This document shows, piece by piece, positions 26,313-39,545 of a stretch of 64,000 nucleotides of DNA. The translations under genes and the position numbers were made by a program. Within the stretch, counting starts at the first letter, position 1. Every line of letters begins with the position of its first letter. The notes under the pieces are model-generated. The model was not told the DNA's origin and made no database searches. It worked only from the letters and a program-made list of their open reading frames with translations. Source of the stretch: Eledone cirrhosa (Eukaryota). The DNA lies in contig OZ024741.1 of the NCBI GenBank assembly GCA_964016885.1, forward strand, positions 319,238,001 to 319,302,000. The letters run 5' to 3'.

Positions 26313-28154
26313 ATGGCGGAAAAGATGGCAGACATGTCTGCCATTAGCTCTGCCACGCCCCCCAAGTCTGAAGAACAAAAAATAATTACAACAAAATTAG
26401 ACAATGAAACAAACAAAGAAAATGAAAAAACAAATGTTAAGGAAAATGAGCAAACGGAAAACAAACAAACAGAAAATAATACAAATAACAACAGGGCAAC
26501 TTTCGCCCAGAAAACAAAACAATCCATTACATACACACCAATTGACCTAACTGCCGCCAGAGAAAAACTGGCCGAAGCAAAGAAACACATTGTTTTGGGG
26601 GAGAACGGAATGTTTTCCATTAACCCCCCCCCCCCCCCCCCAGAATTCAAGAAAGAAAGAACAGAGAACACAGTTCTCTTCAGAACTATACTGAACCAGA
26701 CAAGAAAGCCAGCACAGCCCAGCCAAATGGAAATAGAGTTAGTCCTAAAAGACTATATGAAGAATATTCTCTTCATACGAAAGGACCGACTCTATGGCAG
26801 CATTTCGGTCCTAACAAGAGACAAGGAAACGGCGGAGAAGCTTTCCCTAAGCCCACTCTCATCGACAACATACAGCTTCTATCCCTCCTACATGGGTAGA
26901 AGAACACAGAGAGTAAAAGTAAAAACAATGCTGCCCACAATGGACTTCTGGTGGGCTATTGCTGGCTTTATAGACATGGGCGAAGACACAATGCTGTCAA
27001 TGGGGAAGGCAACTGGAGATGCGTTCCTGGGAATGGGCCTCGACATATTAGTCCAAATGAGGCCCGAAAGAATAGCACAAATCCCGGATCGCATCTGGCT
27101 GGATGACCTTACCCCAATAGACATAATTGTAGAGGGGAGAAGACCAGCATGCTATTTATGCATGGAAAGGGGACACGTTAAGGCTAACTGCCCGAAACGT
27201 ATCCCCCAAAAAGGACTATTGCCCACACCCACCACAAACAGTACACCAACACCACCCACCTCCAAAAATACACTAATACCACACACAGCAAACAAAATAC
27301 AGACACCACCAACCACAAACACAACACAAACATCACCACCACCAGCACCAAACACAAGCACGACACAAAAATCACCACCACCAACCACAACACAAACATC
27401 ACCACCACCATCACCAACCACAAGCACGACACAAACATTACCACCACCACCACAAAACCCATTCCAAACAAATAATAAAAAAAACAGTAACAAATCTACC
27501 CTTCCCGCAAAAAAAAAACAACCACACAACACGTCCCTCCCACCTAGCGCTGAAGAGTTTCCCCCAACTTCTGAAGAAGAAGGAGGAGAAGCCTTCAGAC
27601 AAGTTAAAAGAAAAAAAAGAAAACACACACCCAGCACACCACAAATAACCCACACACAAACACCAACTCCAATCAAAAACACCCCACCCTCAACAAACAA
27701 AAATAAATCTGCGCCTCCCCTCTCCGAAACATTGACAGCATCACAAAAAAAGACGTTGCAATACACATATATAAATAAAGAAAACAAAAAACTGGTTAAA
27801 TTAATAAACAATAACCCTATGGTGCAGACCGAAGGGCCAAACTTTATCTCAACAGAGAACTTCACCCATTTAAAAATGATAAAGGTCCCTCTGGACCTTT
27901 ATCGTTCCTTAAAAGAACAATTTAGACGGGACGTGAGCCCCCCCTGTTTAAAACCGTTGAATCGCGTCCTCTTGAAAGATTTCCCCATAACCGCCCCTCT
28001 CCCTGACACAACTCCAAATACCCCAACCCCACCACACACGTGTACCCCCACACCACCACAAAACATCCCTCCACCCAACACACCTGATGCCATGGAAATT
28101 ACGCAACCCGGAGAGGTAGGTGCTTTTCTTTCTTCACTTTCAACACCAAAATAG
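26313..28154 (+). CDS. ORF1 (gag-like, single CCHC knuckle, Pro/Thr-rich linker)
   Basis: Open frame 26286..28154, first ATG at 26313; CYLCMERGHVKANC knuckle; basic KRKKRK motif. Confidence 0.88.
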   Translation: MAEKMADMSAISSATPPKSEEQKIITTKLDNETNKENEKTNVKENEQTENKQTENNTNNNRATFAQKTKQSITYTPIDLTAAREKLAEAKKHIVLGENGMFSINPPPPPPEFKKERTENTVLFRTILNQTRKPAQPSQMEIELVLKDYMKNILFIRKDRLYGSISVLTRDKETAEKLSLSPLSSTTYSFYPSYMGRRTQRVKVKTMLPTMDFWWAIAGFIDMGEDTMLSMGKATGDAFLGMGLDILVQMRPERIAQIPDRIWLDDLTPIDIIVEGRRPACYLCMERGHVKANCPKRIPQKGLLPTPTTNSTPTPPTSKNTLIPHTANKIQTPPTTNTTQTSPPPAPNTSTTQKSPPPTTTQTSPPPSPTTSTTQTLPPPPQNPFQTNNKKNSNKSTLPAKKKQPHNTSLPPSAEEFPPTSEEEGGEAFRQVKRKKRKHTPSTPQITHTQTPTPIKNTPPSTNKNKSAPPLSETLTASQKKTLQYTYINKENKKLVKLINNNPMVQTEGPNFISTENFTHLKMIKVPLDLYRSLKEQFRRDVSPPCLKPLNRVLLKDFPITAPLPDTTPNTPTPPHTCTPTPPQNIPPPNTPDAMEITQPGEVGAFLSSLSTPK

Positions 28155-31100
28155 ATCAATTGAGAGTTGGCTGTTTGAACGCGCGTGGCCTGGGCTCAGC
28201 TTGGAAGCAAGCAAAGCTTCTAAGTGACCTCAGGTCACAAAGTATAGATGTGATGGTTGTTTGCGAGAGTCGGATCAGCAGCGTGAGACAGCTGGCGCCC
28301 GCCTTCGATGACTTTGAGATGCACGCATCTCTCTGTCAACCCGGAGGCGGGGGGGGGGGGGAGTTGCCGTACTGCTGGATAAACGTCTGACTCTCGACGT
28401 ACAGATTGTTCACTCGGACCCGGGGGGTCGATTACTGGTGCTGGACGTCGGAGGCGGTGAAGGCGGGGCTTTCAGACTGGTCGGTCTTTATGCTCCCTTC
28501 GGGGCGGAAAGAGCCGACTTCTTCCAGCGTCTGGAGACTTTTCTAGGAACGTCGCGTTCCCTGCTTTTAGTGGGGGACTGGAATGGAATCCTAGATGCGC
28601 GTTGGGACTATGCAGGGGCATGTCCCGATAGAGGGGGGTGCAGCAGCCTCAAGGGGTTACTCGATCGATTCGACCTGGTCGATAGATTTCGACTAGATTG
28701 TCCAACTGCGCCAACCTGGACCTGGGCAAACCGCAGTGGACAATCTAGATCGTACCTAGATAGGTTTTTGGTTAGGAGTAAGGATAGGGACGTATTTAGT
28801 TGTCCAGAACTGATCATGGTTGGCTATTCAGATCACAAATTAGTGACCTGCGTGGTCAACCTTGATAGAACGCATAGACAGGGTCCCGGTTACTGGAAAT
28901 TGAACTTGTCCTTGCCGACAAAGAAAGATTACAGAAACCGGATTAGTAGCTTAGTTAAGATGCGGTTGACGGGAGCGATCGTCAACAGTAGGTGGTGGGT
29001 ATCTCTAAAGAGAGAGATTAGAGTAAGTTCGATAGGTTACAGTAAGGAACTAGCGGCGAATAGAAATAGGAAGGAAAGGGAGTTAACAGATAAACTAGAA
29101 GAGGCGATTAGGAGCGGAGACGTAGCCAGAGTGTTAGCGGCGAGAACGGCGTTGAGCCAGTTCTTTGACGCGAAGCACGAAGGCTGCGTTGTCCGAAGTA
29201 AAATACGTGCTTTAGGAAACGAGGGGACCAAAGCTGTTAGCTGGGCCCGCGTGACAGAAGCCAAGAGTGGAATTAAATCCACCATTCGGTCTTTGCGAGA
29301 CCAGGATGGACGGGTGATCCTTGAACCTGAGCGAATGTGCGAGGCCTTTCAAAGGCACTTTGCTCGACTGTTCGGAGGTGGCGGGGGGCCGGACGGGGAT
29401 GTGGACTTCGGTCCATACCTCGACGGTCTACCGCGTCTTTCGAGCGGCGAAGCGGAGTGCTGCGAAAGGCCAATCACAGCCACTGAAATCGGGGAAGCGC
29501 TCAGCCAATGCAGCAGACGCAAATCCCCGGGTCTCGATGGTCTACCATACGAACTTTATTTAGCTATGCCGGTCTTGTTCTCCGAACTCCTCGAGGCTGT
29601 CTATTGCAACTGGCAACAGAACGGGAGAATTCCCTGTTCTGTGACCAAGGGCGTGGTCACGCTAGTGAGGAAGGACGAGAGCAAGGGGGACGACTTAAGT
29701 AACTTTAGGCCCATAACTCTGCTGAATGCAGAGTTACAGATTTTGGCCAAGGTGTTGGCGAAGAGGTTGGCGCTTGTGGTGGGTGGTTTGGTAGGAGACG
29801 CGCAGACATGCGCTATCCCGTCCAGGTCCATTCACGACAACCTCCACCTCATGCGATACATCATAAAGAGGGTTGGCTACGAACCCGGCTTTGGTGGGGC
29901 TCTGATCAACTTGGATCAATCTAAGGCGTTCGATAGGGTCGACCATGGTTACCTGGATGCGGTGCTAGCGGCGGCGGGCTTCGGACCCGTTTTCAGGGGC
30001 TGGATTTCTGCCATGCACAGTGACAACATCTACTCTAGGATTAAAGTAAACGGCTACCTCTCGGAGCCGTTTCAAATCACCCGGTCCATCAGACAGGGGT
30101 GCCCCCTCTCCTCCCTTCTTTACGTATTGACTCTCGAGCCACTGCTGCGGAAGTTGGAGTTGCTGCGGGGCATACCCCTGGAACCGGGATTGCACAAAGC
30201 GGTCTCGGCCTATGCCGACGACGTAACAGTAATGGTGGCGGACGCCTCGGAAATCGGGGCGATCGTCACCCTACTGGAGGAATACGAAAGGCTGACGGGG
30301 GCTAGGCTGAACCAGGACAAGTCAGTCGGTTTGCAACTCGGAACGTGGAGGGGCAAACCGATGCCGTTAGATGGTGTCGTCGGGCGGTGGACGGAGGGCC
30401 CGGTGAAGCTGCTCGGGGTCTGGTTCGGACTGGACCTCCAGGTGGAGAAGAATTGGGGCGAGGTGACGAGCAGGGTGTTTGCGCTGACCCAGAAGTGGGC
30501 CAAGTGCAAACTATCACTGAAAGGTCGGGCGGAGGTGACGAGCGCTTACATAGCGTCCGTCATCTACTACCGCCTGACCGTCGTGCCTTGCCCCAAGGAA
30601 AAGCTCACCATCATGGAACGCATGCTCTTCCAGTTCCTCTGGAAGAAGCGGCCTCCCATGGTGAGGAAATCCATCTGCTGCCAGCACCCTTCGAAAGGAG
30701 GGCTGGGTATGCCGTGGCTGTTGATGCGTAGGCACGCATTGAGGCTACGGCATCTACAGGTATTCCTCAACGGTCAGCCGGTGTGGGCCCCGTTTGTGAG
30801 GCGAGCCTTCCCACAGCTCGTCTCGCTCACCGAACTGCAATCCTGGGTGAAGCAAAGACCGAGAAAACTGGGCAACTGGCACACCGAGTGTGCCCAGGCG
30901 CTCACGGCTATCTGGCAAGCGGACCCGACTATCAGTGGAGAATCCACCTCGACATTCTATAGAGGGTTGGTGGCTAGCAAGGGCGACGACACCCTTGGAG
31001 AGTCGCTAGGCATGGAGGAGGACGAACTGGCCAGCCTGTTCGGTAGAACTTTCGGCCCGGGACCCATGGACAACTTCCAGAGGTCCCTAGCCTGGCAGTG

Positions 31101-31593
31101 TTACCGAGGGGCTCTGCCCGTTCGAGAAAAGCTCTACAGACACGGGCGCCCGGGCAGGGATCCCGCGAAAAAGATCTGCCCCCGATGCGTGCGCGACGAG
31201 GAAACCGTTGCGCATGCACTGGTACACTGCCCGGGCGTTGCTGATCTGTGGGGCTACGTCGAACGACTGCTGTCGCGTGTGGCGCCGATTCGATTAACCG
31301 CCGAGTCTGTGGTGAACATCAAGCCGCCTCCTCCCTTCAGAAATGAAGCAGAGGCGGTCTTTCTGTGCGTAATAGCCATGATGAAAGAGGTTGTGTGGTG
31401 GACGCGCCTGAAAGGTCTGAGGTCGGGTGACTTTCTCTCCGGCCATCACCTGGTTTACTTCTTCCGATACCACTTCGGAAGAATGATCAGGATGGAGAGA
31501 GAAGTGCTTGGCCCCAGACAGTTTTATGAAAGGTGGGTGAAAGAAGCGAGAATGGCCCGTGTAAATGGGCCTTCTCTCTACATTGTTCTGTAG
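28151..31593 (+). CDS. ORF2 (APE endonuclease, reverse transcriptase, C-terminal CCHC) with one frameshift at a G13 run
   Basis: LRVGCLNARG, CESR, GDWN, YLDR, SDH, KSPGLDG, QGCPLS, YADD, CPRC...HALVHC. The frame break sits in the homopolymer 28349-28361. Confidence 0.92.
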
Positions 31594-31861
31594 GTGAAGA
31601 AGTGAAGAGGAAAGGGGGAGCGCCTCCTCTCTGGGCTTCCCCCGCGAAAAGAGTTGCACACTTTTCGGGGGTATGTGCAATCCCCAACACGCCCCCTCCC
31701 TTTTGAGGACTTTTTATTGTTATATTATTATTGTTATTCTTTTTTTCTTTACTCGATTTATGTAAACTCCCCCACTGTGTAAATGTCCCCTTCTTTTGTG
31801 CCCTCGTGGCAAATAAATAGAAATTTATCTATCTATCTATCTATCTATCTATTTATCTATC

Positions 31862-31978
31862 TTTATTTTATTTTTATACATTGTTATTGCCTCCTCCTTA
31901 TTGAGGACGCCTTTTTGTGTAAACTCCCCCCTTTGTACTTGTCCCACTTTTGATGCCCTGGTGGCAAATAAAAGAAAC
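31862..31978 (+). mobile_element. Third Tx1-like copy (C): 3' UTR-only, heavily 5'-truncated
   Basis: tgtaaactcccc...tgtccc...gccctggtggcaaataaaagaaa matches the 3' ends of A and B. (ATCT)n on both sides. Confidence 0.8.
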
Positions 31979-32114
31979 ATATCTATTATCTATCTATCTA
32001 TGGAGGGTTCGTTTCCATGCAGGTGCCTTTGTTCACTTCGTTCCGTTTCCGTACTTTACCAGATTTTCTCAACTATTATTATAGTTATTTACTTTGAGCT
32101 GAACACATTTAAAA

Positions 32115-32192
<78 letters not shown>

Positions 32193-32219
32193 ATGGTCTA
32201 ACCCATGCTAGCATGCAAA

Positions 32220-32440
32220 AGTGCCTCTCCATTTCACCTCTTGAACACACCATACAACCCCTTATCACCTCTCAAGCAACTCCACAGTTTCACCTGATCT
32301 ACCTTTGAGTGTGCCCACATTCAGTGTGGCAGTTCTGGCAGGAGTTACGGTGTAATGGTAATTTGGTCCTTTTGTGGTTCTTTGTACCTGAACTGGAGGG
32401 CGTGTGATTGCTTGATGATGGTAGAAGGGTTCTCGTACAT
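32220..32440 (-). mobile_element. RTE 5' fragment (start of APE endonuclease)
   Basis: Reverse complement reads RTATLNVGTLKGRSGETVELLER..CVQEVKWRG. Confidence 0.7.
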
Positions 32441-33339
32441 GGCTACATTAGTCACCCCATCACTGGCTTCATTCTTGTCACCCAATCACTTTTACCATTC
32501 CTAAATACATCCGACTTGTCATTTTATCAGCCAACAGAATAAGTTATGGCTTTAAAATTTGTATTAATGTACAGTAGAGCTGTGAAATAGATTTAAAATG
32601 AAAATAGCGAGAACTGTCTCTACCACCTCATTCCATTTCATTTTATAACATCCAGTCCTAACTAATGAGGTCGTGAAGGTGTCACGACAAAAAACAAAAA
32701 AAAAACAAACAAAAAAAACACACAGTCCACGCTGTAATGTGGTCGTGCAGGTAACATGGTAAAAAGGTCCCAGTTCACACTGTAAATGTGGTTGGTATTA
32801 GGAAGGGCATCCAGTCGTAGAAAACCTGCCAGATACAGTCCTATACGAGCGAGACACAGTCACTCGACCAATCTTGCCTCTAGTGAGACAACTCCCGTCT
32901 AACCCATGCTAGCGTGGGAGATAGACGTTAAACGATGATGACGATGAACATTCATCACCGACTCTATTCTTGTCACCTAGTTACTTTCATTTTCAACACA
33001 TGACCTAACCATCTCATTCCATTTCTTTTCATAACATTCATCACTGGTGTTATTCTTGTCATCCAGTCACTTTCATCCTCAACACATGGTCGAACCATCT
33101 CATTCCATTTCTTTTCACATCATTCATCACAGGTTTTATTCTTGTCACCTAGTCACTTTTATCCTCAACACATGACCTAACCATCCCAACATATAAGTGT
33201 TAAATACTGTAGCTTATATCAATATTATTTACGTGTTCTCCCATCATATTCACACAAACTTCAGTTTATGTATTTAGCACTAATTGCTCTATCAACTGAT
33301 ATTGCCAGTAATTTCTCTTCTACACACACTTTCTTCCTC

Positions 33340-34955
<1,616 letters not shown>

Positions 34956-35130
34956 AACAGTATTTTGTTGTGACCAACTCTACACATGCTCTGTTTTTCT
35001 ATGCTTGATTAAATTTTGTTGAGACTAGACTTTTCTAATCGATTATAGTGATTGACTTTGGTTACAGTTATCTTCTGCGATTCAGATTCCTAGATTTTCA
35101 AAAATTTCAAATCGTCCAGCATGCCTTGAT

Positions 35131-35183
<53 letters not shown>

Positions 35184-35591
35184 AGTTAACTCTTCCTCAC
35201 ACTTCCACTCACTCACTCACTCACTGTTTCTCCTCTTCTCACTTCACCCCGTTCGCGACGAAAACATTTTCTCTCTTTCTCACATTTGAATTCGCTCCTG
35301 AAAGGTCTTTTTTCTAAGCGCTCATATATTCACCTAGCTTATGCTAACAGAATAACTATGAAGCTTGTTCCCCTCCTTCTACGGTTAGCTATCCTCTTTG
35401 TTGTTATCTTGTTTCACTCGCTTTACGCGTTTTAATTGTCCTAATAACTTAATTTAGTTATTATTGCACCGACGTGAGGTATATGATTTTTAATGCAATG
35501 AAATATCTATGATCGTCGGCAAATCACTGATGAGGGACTTATTTTATTACATGTTATCCATGTGCAACCATCAGTATTCTTCTCCCCATTT

Positions 35592-35651
<60 letters not shown>

Positions 35652-35707
35652 AACGGAAAAAATGAAACGAAATTTCATTTCCCACTCTTAGTACGGCTGT
35701 TACTTAA

Positions 35708-36197
35708 ATATAAGTATGTACACGTACATACATATATGTATACAGACGTACAGTAGTATGTATATATATATACATACATGCACATATATATATATGTACG
35801 TATGGATTCACCGAACATTTATTATAATGCTCGGTGTGTTTGTAAACAAACATCCCGTATTAAGCCGTAGTGTCTAGCAACCATCGTTGCTCGTTTGTTC
35901 AACACTGACAAAGGAACGCTGTACTAGTTTCAAGTTTATTAGCTATCGTCAGCAACGTATACCTTCCTGCCAGATTGTTGAACGTATATACTTACCTTAT
36001 GCATATTAACGGCTGAGTAGCCCAATTTGCATATCGAGTGGGTTAATCGGCCGGGTGCACCGAAAACACCGAGCATTATAATAAATGTTCGGTGAATCCA
36101 TACGTACATATATATATGTGTGCATGTATGTATATATATATATACATACTACTGTACGTATGTATACATATATGTATGTACGTGTACATACTTATAT
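35708..36197. repeat. Inverted repeat, ~130-bp arms with a ~230-bp spacer
   Basis: 35708-35837 is a near-exact reverse complement of 36066-36197. Confidence 0.88.
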
Positions 36198-36210
36198 ATA
36201 TATATATATA

Positions 36211-37020
36211 CACAGTTCAAGAGTAACCAATCTTAAAGAGAGAGATGGAGATATTAGAGCCGATATGAGAGGAGAGATTGGTGAGTTAGTTAGAAGCCAA
36301 AGCGTAAAGGCATGTGCTCAATGTGCAATATGCAGTAGAAAGCAGCTAGGTGGCTGGGTTCATGCAGAAGTTAGGTGCGCAGAGCTGGAAATATTCATTA
36401 GTTAAGCAAAACAAGACCACAAATTTCACAAGGAAGACATTATTAAAAGATTGTCAACATATTTTAGTTTGATGTAAGGAATGTAGAGAATAATAATAAT
36501 AATATTAATAATAATAATGTCCGTTTATAATTGTTTCGCTACTCCATATAATATTTCTGGATCAGATGACTATATATCATAATTGATCTGGTTCAGTTGA
36601 AAATAATTAACATATATAGGCAGATCTCACACAATGCAGCCCCGACAGATGAATAGTGCTTGATTATGGCTGACAACTGATGCAACCAAGACACCATAGT
36701 AAAAACCAATATATGGAACATTATATTATGTAACATTATCCCATTATTTTAATTTATATTCCTTTGAAGTTCCGATGAGCCACTCTGTTTTTTAAATATG
36801 TTAATTATTTTCAACTGAACCAGATCAATTATGATATATAGTCATCTGATCCAGAAATATTATATGGAGTAGCGAAACAATTGTAAACGGACATTATTAT
36901 TATTAATATTATTATTATTATTCTCTACATTCCTTACATCAAACTAAAATATGTTGACAATCTTTTAATAATGTCTTCCTTGTGAAATTTGTGGTCTTGT
37001 TTTTCTTAACTAATGAATAT
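36211..37020. mobile_element. Penelope-like inverted pLTR structure with 225-bp arms and a hammerhead-like motif
   Basis: 36391-36615 is inverted at 36796-37020. Motif gtt-CCGATGA-gccactctg...tggagtagc-GAAA-caattg-TA-aac at ~36769-36888. (TA)n on both sides. Confidence 0.78.
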
Positions 37021-37030
37021 ATATATATAT

Positions 37031-37222
37031 ATAGGAACCAGTAAGACCCCGACGGCTGAGCTCAAGCCGTTTCGACGGCTAATTCGACGGCGAATTAGCC
37101 GTCGAAACGGCTTGAGCTCAGCCGTCGGGGTCTTACTGGTTCCTATTACCCACTCTACTACCCCAAGTATTGAGTACTTTGGTGCGTTATGGTCCACCTG
37201 GTTCCTTACCACATTTCCTTCG

Positions 37223-37224
<2 letters not shown>
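37031..37224 (+). mobile_element. Fold-back hammerhead element in (TA)n (perfect 56-bp arms)
   Basis: Palindrome 37031-37146 with a 4-nt loop. Each arm carries GAAA-cggct..agccg-TC-gggg. Confidence 0.85.
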
Positions 37225-37261
<37 letters not shown>

Positions 37262-37265
<4 letters not shown>

Positions 37266-37530
37266 CTAGTGGTAAGGGTGTTGGACTTACAATCATAATG
37301 TCGTGGGCTAGATTCCTGGGTTGCCTGTTGTGTTCTTGAGCAAAATACCTCATTTCACGTTGCTCCAGTATACTCAGCTGAATATGAGTAGTACCAGCAA
37401 TAGGTGGGGGTTTAACCCTGCAATGGACTGGTGTCCTGTCCAGAGGGGAGTTTTGTACTCTCAGTTGCTTCATGCCATCAAACTGGGATAAGCACCGGCC
37501 AAATAAGTCTTCTGGCTTCAGACAGATTTT
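37262..37530 (+). mobile_element. tRNA-derived SINE
   Basis: tggcctagtggtaaggg A-box-like head. Sister copy at 58548-58800 (-). Confidence 0.78.
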
Positions 37531-37617
37531 ATATATTTATATATACACAGTGTATGGGTATTTTAAGTTGACCATATCAGGTCTATTTTCCGGGTATGTC
37601 ACTATCTTATACATCAA

Positions 37618-37686
37618 ATATTGTATTTTATCTGATGAAAGCATACTATAATTTAGTATCCTTGAAATATATAATGAAATAAATAT
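37618..37686 (+). ncRNA. Minimal type I hammerhead ribozyme motif
   Basis: atattgtattttat-CTGATGA-aagcatacta/taatt/tagtatcctt-GAAA-tata-TA-atgaaataaatat. Long stem I. Confidence 0.78.
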
Positions 37687-37718
37687 GACGCTATAGTGAT
37701 ATATTTTCCATTTATTAC

Positions 37719-37769
<51 letters not shown>

Positions 37770-39029
37770 AACTGTGAATTAAACATTAACCAACTGTAAA
37801 GTGAAGCAAAATGATTATAAAAGCTAATCAATTAAAATACGTGCGCGAAAGTAGTATATGTAAGCCAAAGTGATTTTTCGTGGACTTAGCTTTCAATTCA
37901 TTATAATTTTATATAGAAAGGTTTGGTTTGACAGTATAAGCAAGAAAGAAAACTCCAGTTATATTAGAGTTAATTCTCTTAGCAAAATATATCAATAATA
38001 TAACAGTATTTGAGTACGGTGGATTAGCAGTATCGGTAGAGGGTCGGACGCCATGCTTTGACGCATGGAGTTACGGCCCTTGCCATTCTGAGTTGAAATC
38101 CCGCCGAGGTTAACTTTGCCTTTCATCCTTACGGGGTCGATAAAATAAAGTACCAGTAATGCACTGGGTAATTATTGGCCTTGTGCCAAACGTAGAAACA
38201 GTTATAATTTAAGAGTGCTCTCACCTTGCGTGTTTGTATCTGAAGGCGTGTGGCTTAGTGGTTAGAATGTTCGACTCAAGATTGTAAATTCAATTCCCAG
38301 CGATGCATTGTGTCTTTTAGTGAGAAACTTTATTTCACGTTCCTCTAGTTTACTCACCTAGAAAAAATGAGTTGTATCTGTAATTGATAGGGTCAGCCTT
38401 GTCACACATGAGGTTATGCTGAACCTACCAGATAACTATTTTAAGGGTATACGTGTCTACGGTATGCTCAGTCACATATACGTGAATTTCACGAGCAGGC
38501 AGATTCGTTGATCAAATACTTGGAATAATCGTCGGAATCGACAAAAGCCCAACACATACGCACAAGTATATTTTTTCTAAAGGGGAATAACTCTGATTAA
38601 TACAATTTTTTAGAGTTATCTTTCTTGTCGTTGCAGCTTTGGAAAATGAGAGCTTTGTTCATTTTAAAGCATACAAAACTGGATACAAAACTGTTTATCT
38701 TAAAGTGTTTGTATTTACCTAAAGACCTTTCATCGTGATTTTATGTAAAGAACCTTTGTTATGTTATGTTCCAAACACCAGCTTAACAGTGAGAAACATA
38801 CCTATATTACTAAATCCCTCTAAATTCTTGATTATTTTCAAAATTATTTGAAAACCATAGGCAACGAAAGGGCTAAAATGTTTATATTTTATGTAAAAAC
38901 CTTTATGTTCTAGTTTAATAATGAAGAACAATGTATTGATCATTGCTGTATAAATGTTACAGAAAGAAATTCCACCCATTAAGTATCTGATGATGAAACA
39001 ATTGAAATAGTGGGAAATGAAAATAACCA

Positions 39030-39545
39030 TTCTTCTTCTTCTTCTTCTTCTTCTTCTTCTTCTTCTTCTTCTTCTTCTTCTTCTTCTTCTTCTTCTTCTT
39101 CTTCTTCTTCTTCTTCTTCTTCTTCTTCTTCTTCTTCTACTACTACTACTACTACTACTACTCTACGCACATATCCCTGGGGGTGTCATGGAGGCAGAAT
39201 CCTCAAGCATGCTTACCAGCAGGCCCTGTCAGAAGCAACTGTCTCCAATTGATCCAGCTGAATCCCCAAGCGAGACCTGCCAAGCTCATAGATGTTATTC
39301 AATCATCTTACTCGGGGTCTACTCCTGGGACTCCTACTGATTCGCATTTGACTGTAAAATCCGTCCAGTGTTCCTTCTTTTAGACATTCTAACCACAAGC
39401 CCATAATATAGGAGCTGAGACTTTTCAATTTAGAGAAGTAACGTCTCTACCTGTAGAAACTTCCTGATATCCGAGCTATGCATTCTACCGAGTAACGTTA
39501 CTCCAAAGAACCTTCGGGGGAACTCCATTTCTGTTGCTTATATTC
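39030..39545 (-). mobile_element. RTE-type LINE 3' fragment with expanded (GTA)n(GAA)n tail
   Basis: Reverse complement reads RPRVR*LNNIYELGRSRLGIQLDQLETVASDRA. Related copy at ~57765-58100. Confidence 0.7.

Larger units (their letters stand above)
26111..31823 (+). mobile_element. Tx1-like (L1 clade) non-LTR retrotransposon copy B, apparently full length
   Basis: 5' UTR, open ORF1, ORF2 with YADD, 3' UTR with AATAAA. Flanked on both sides by (ATCT)n. Confidence 0.95.

Noticed and set aside
35520-35580. CTGATGAG hammerhead 5' half
   Set aside because: No matching GAAA or stems found; at best a decayed motif.
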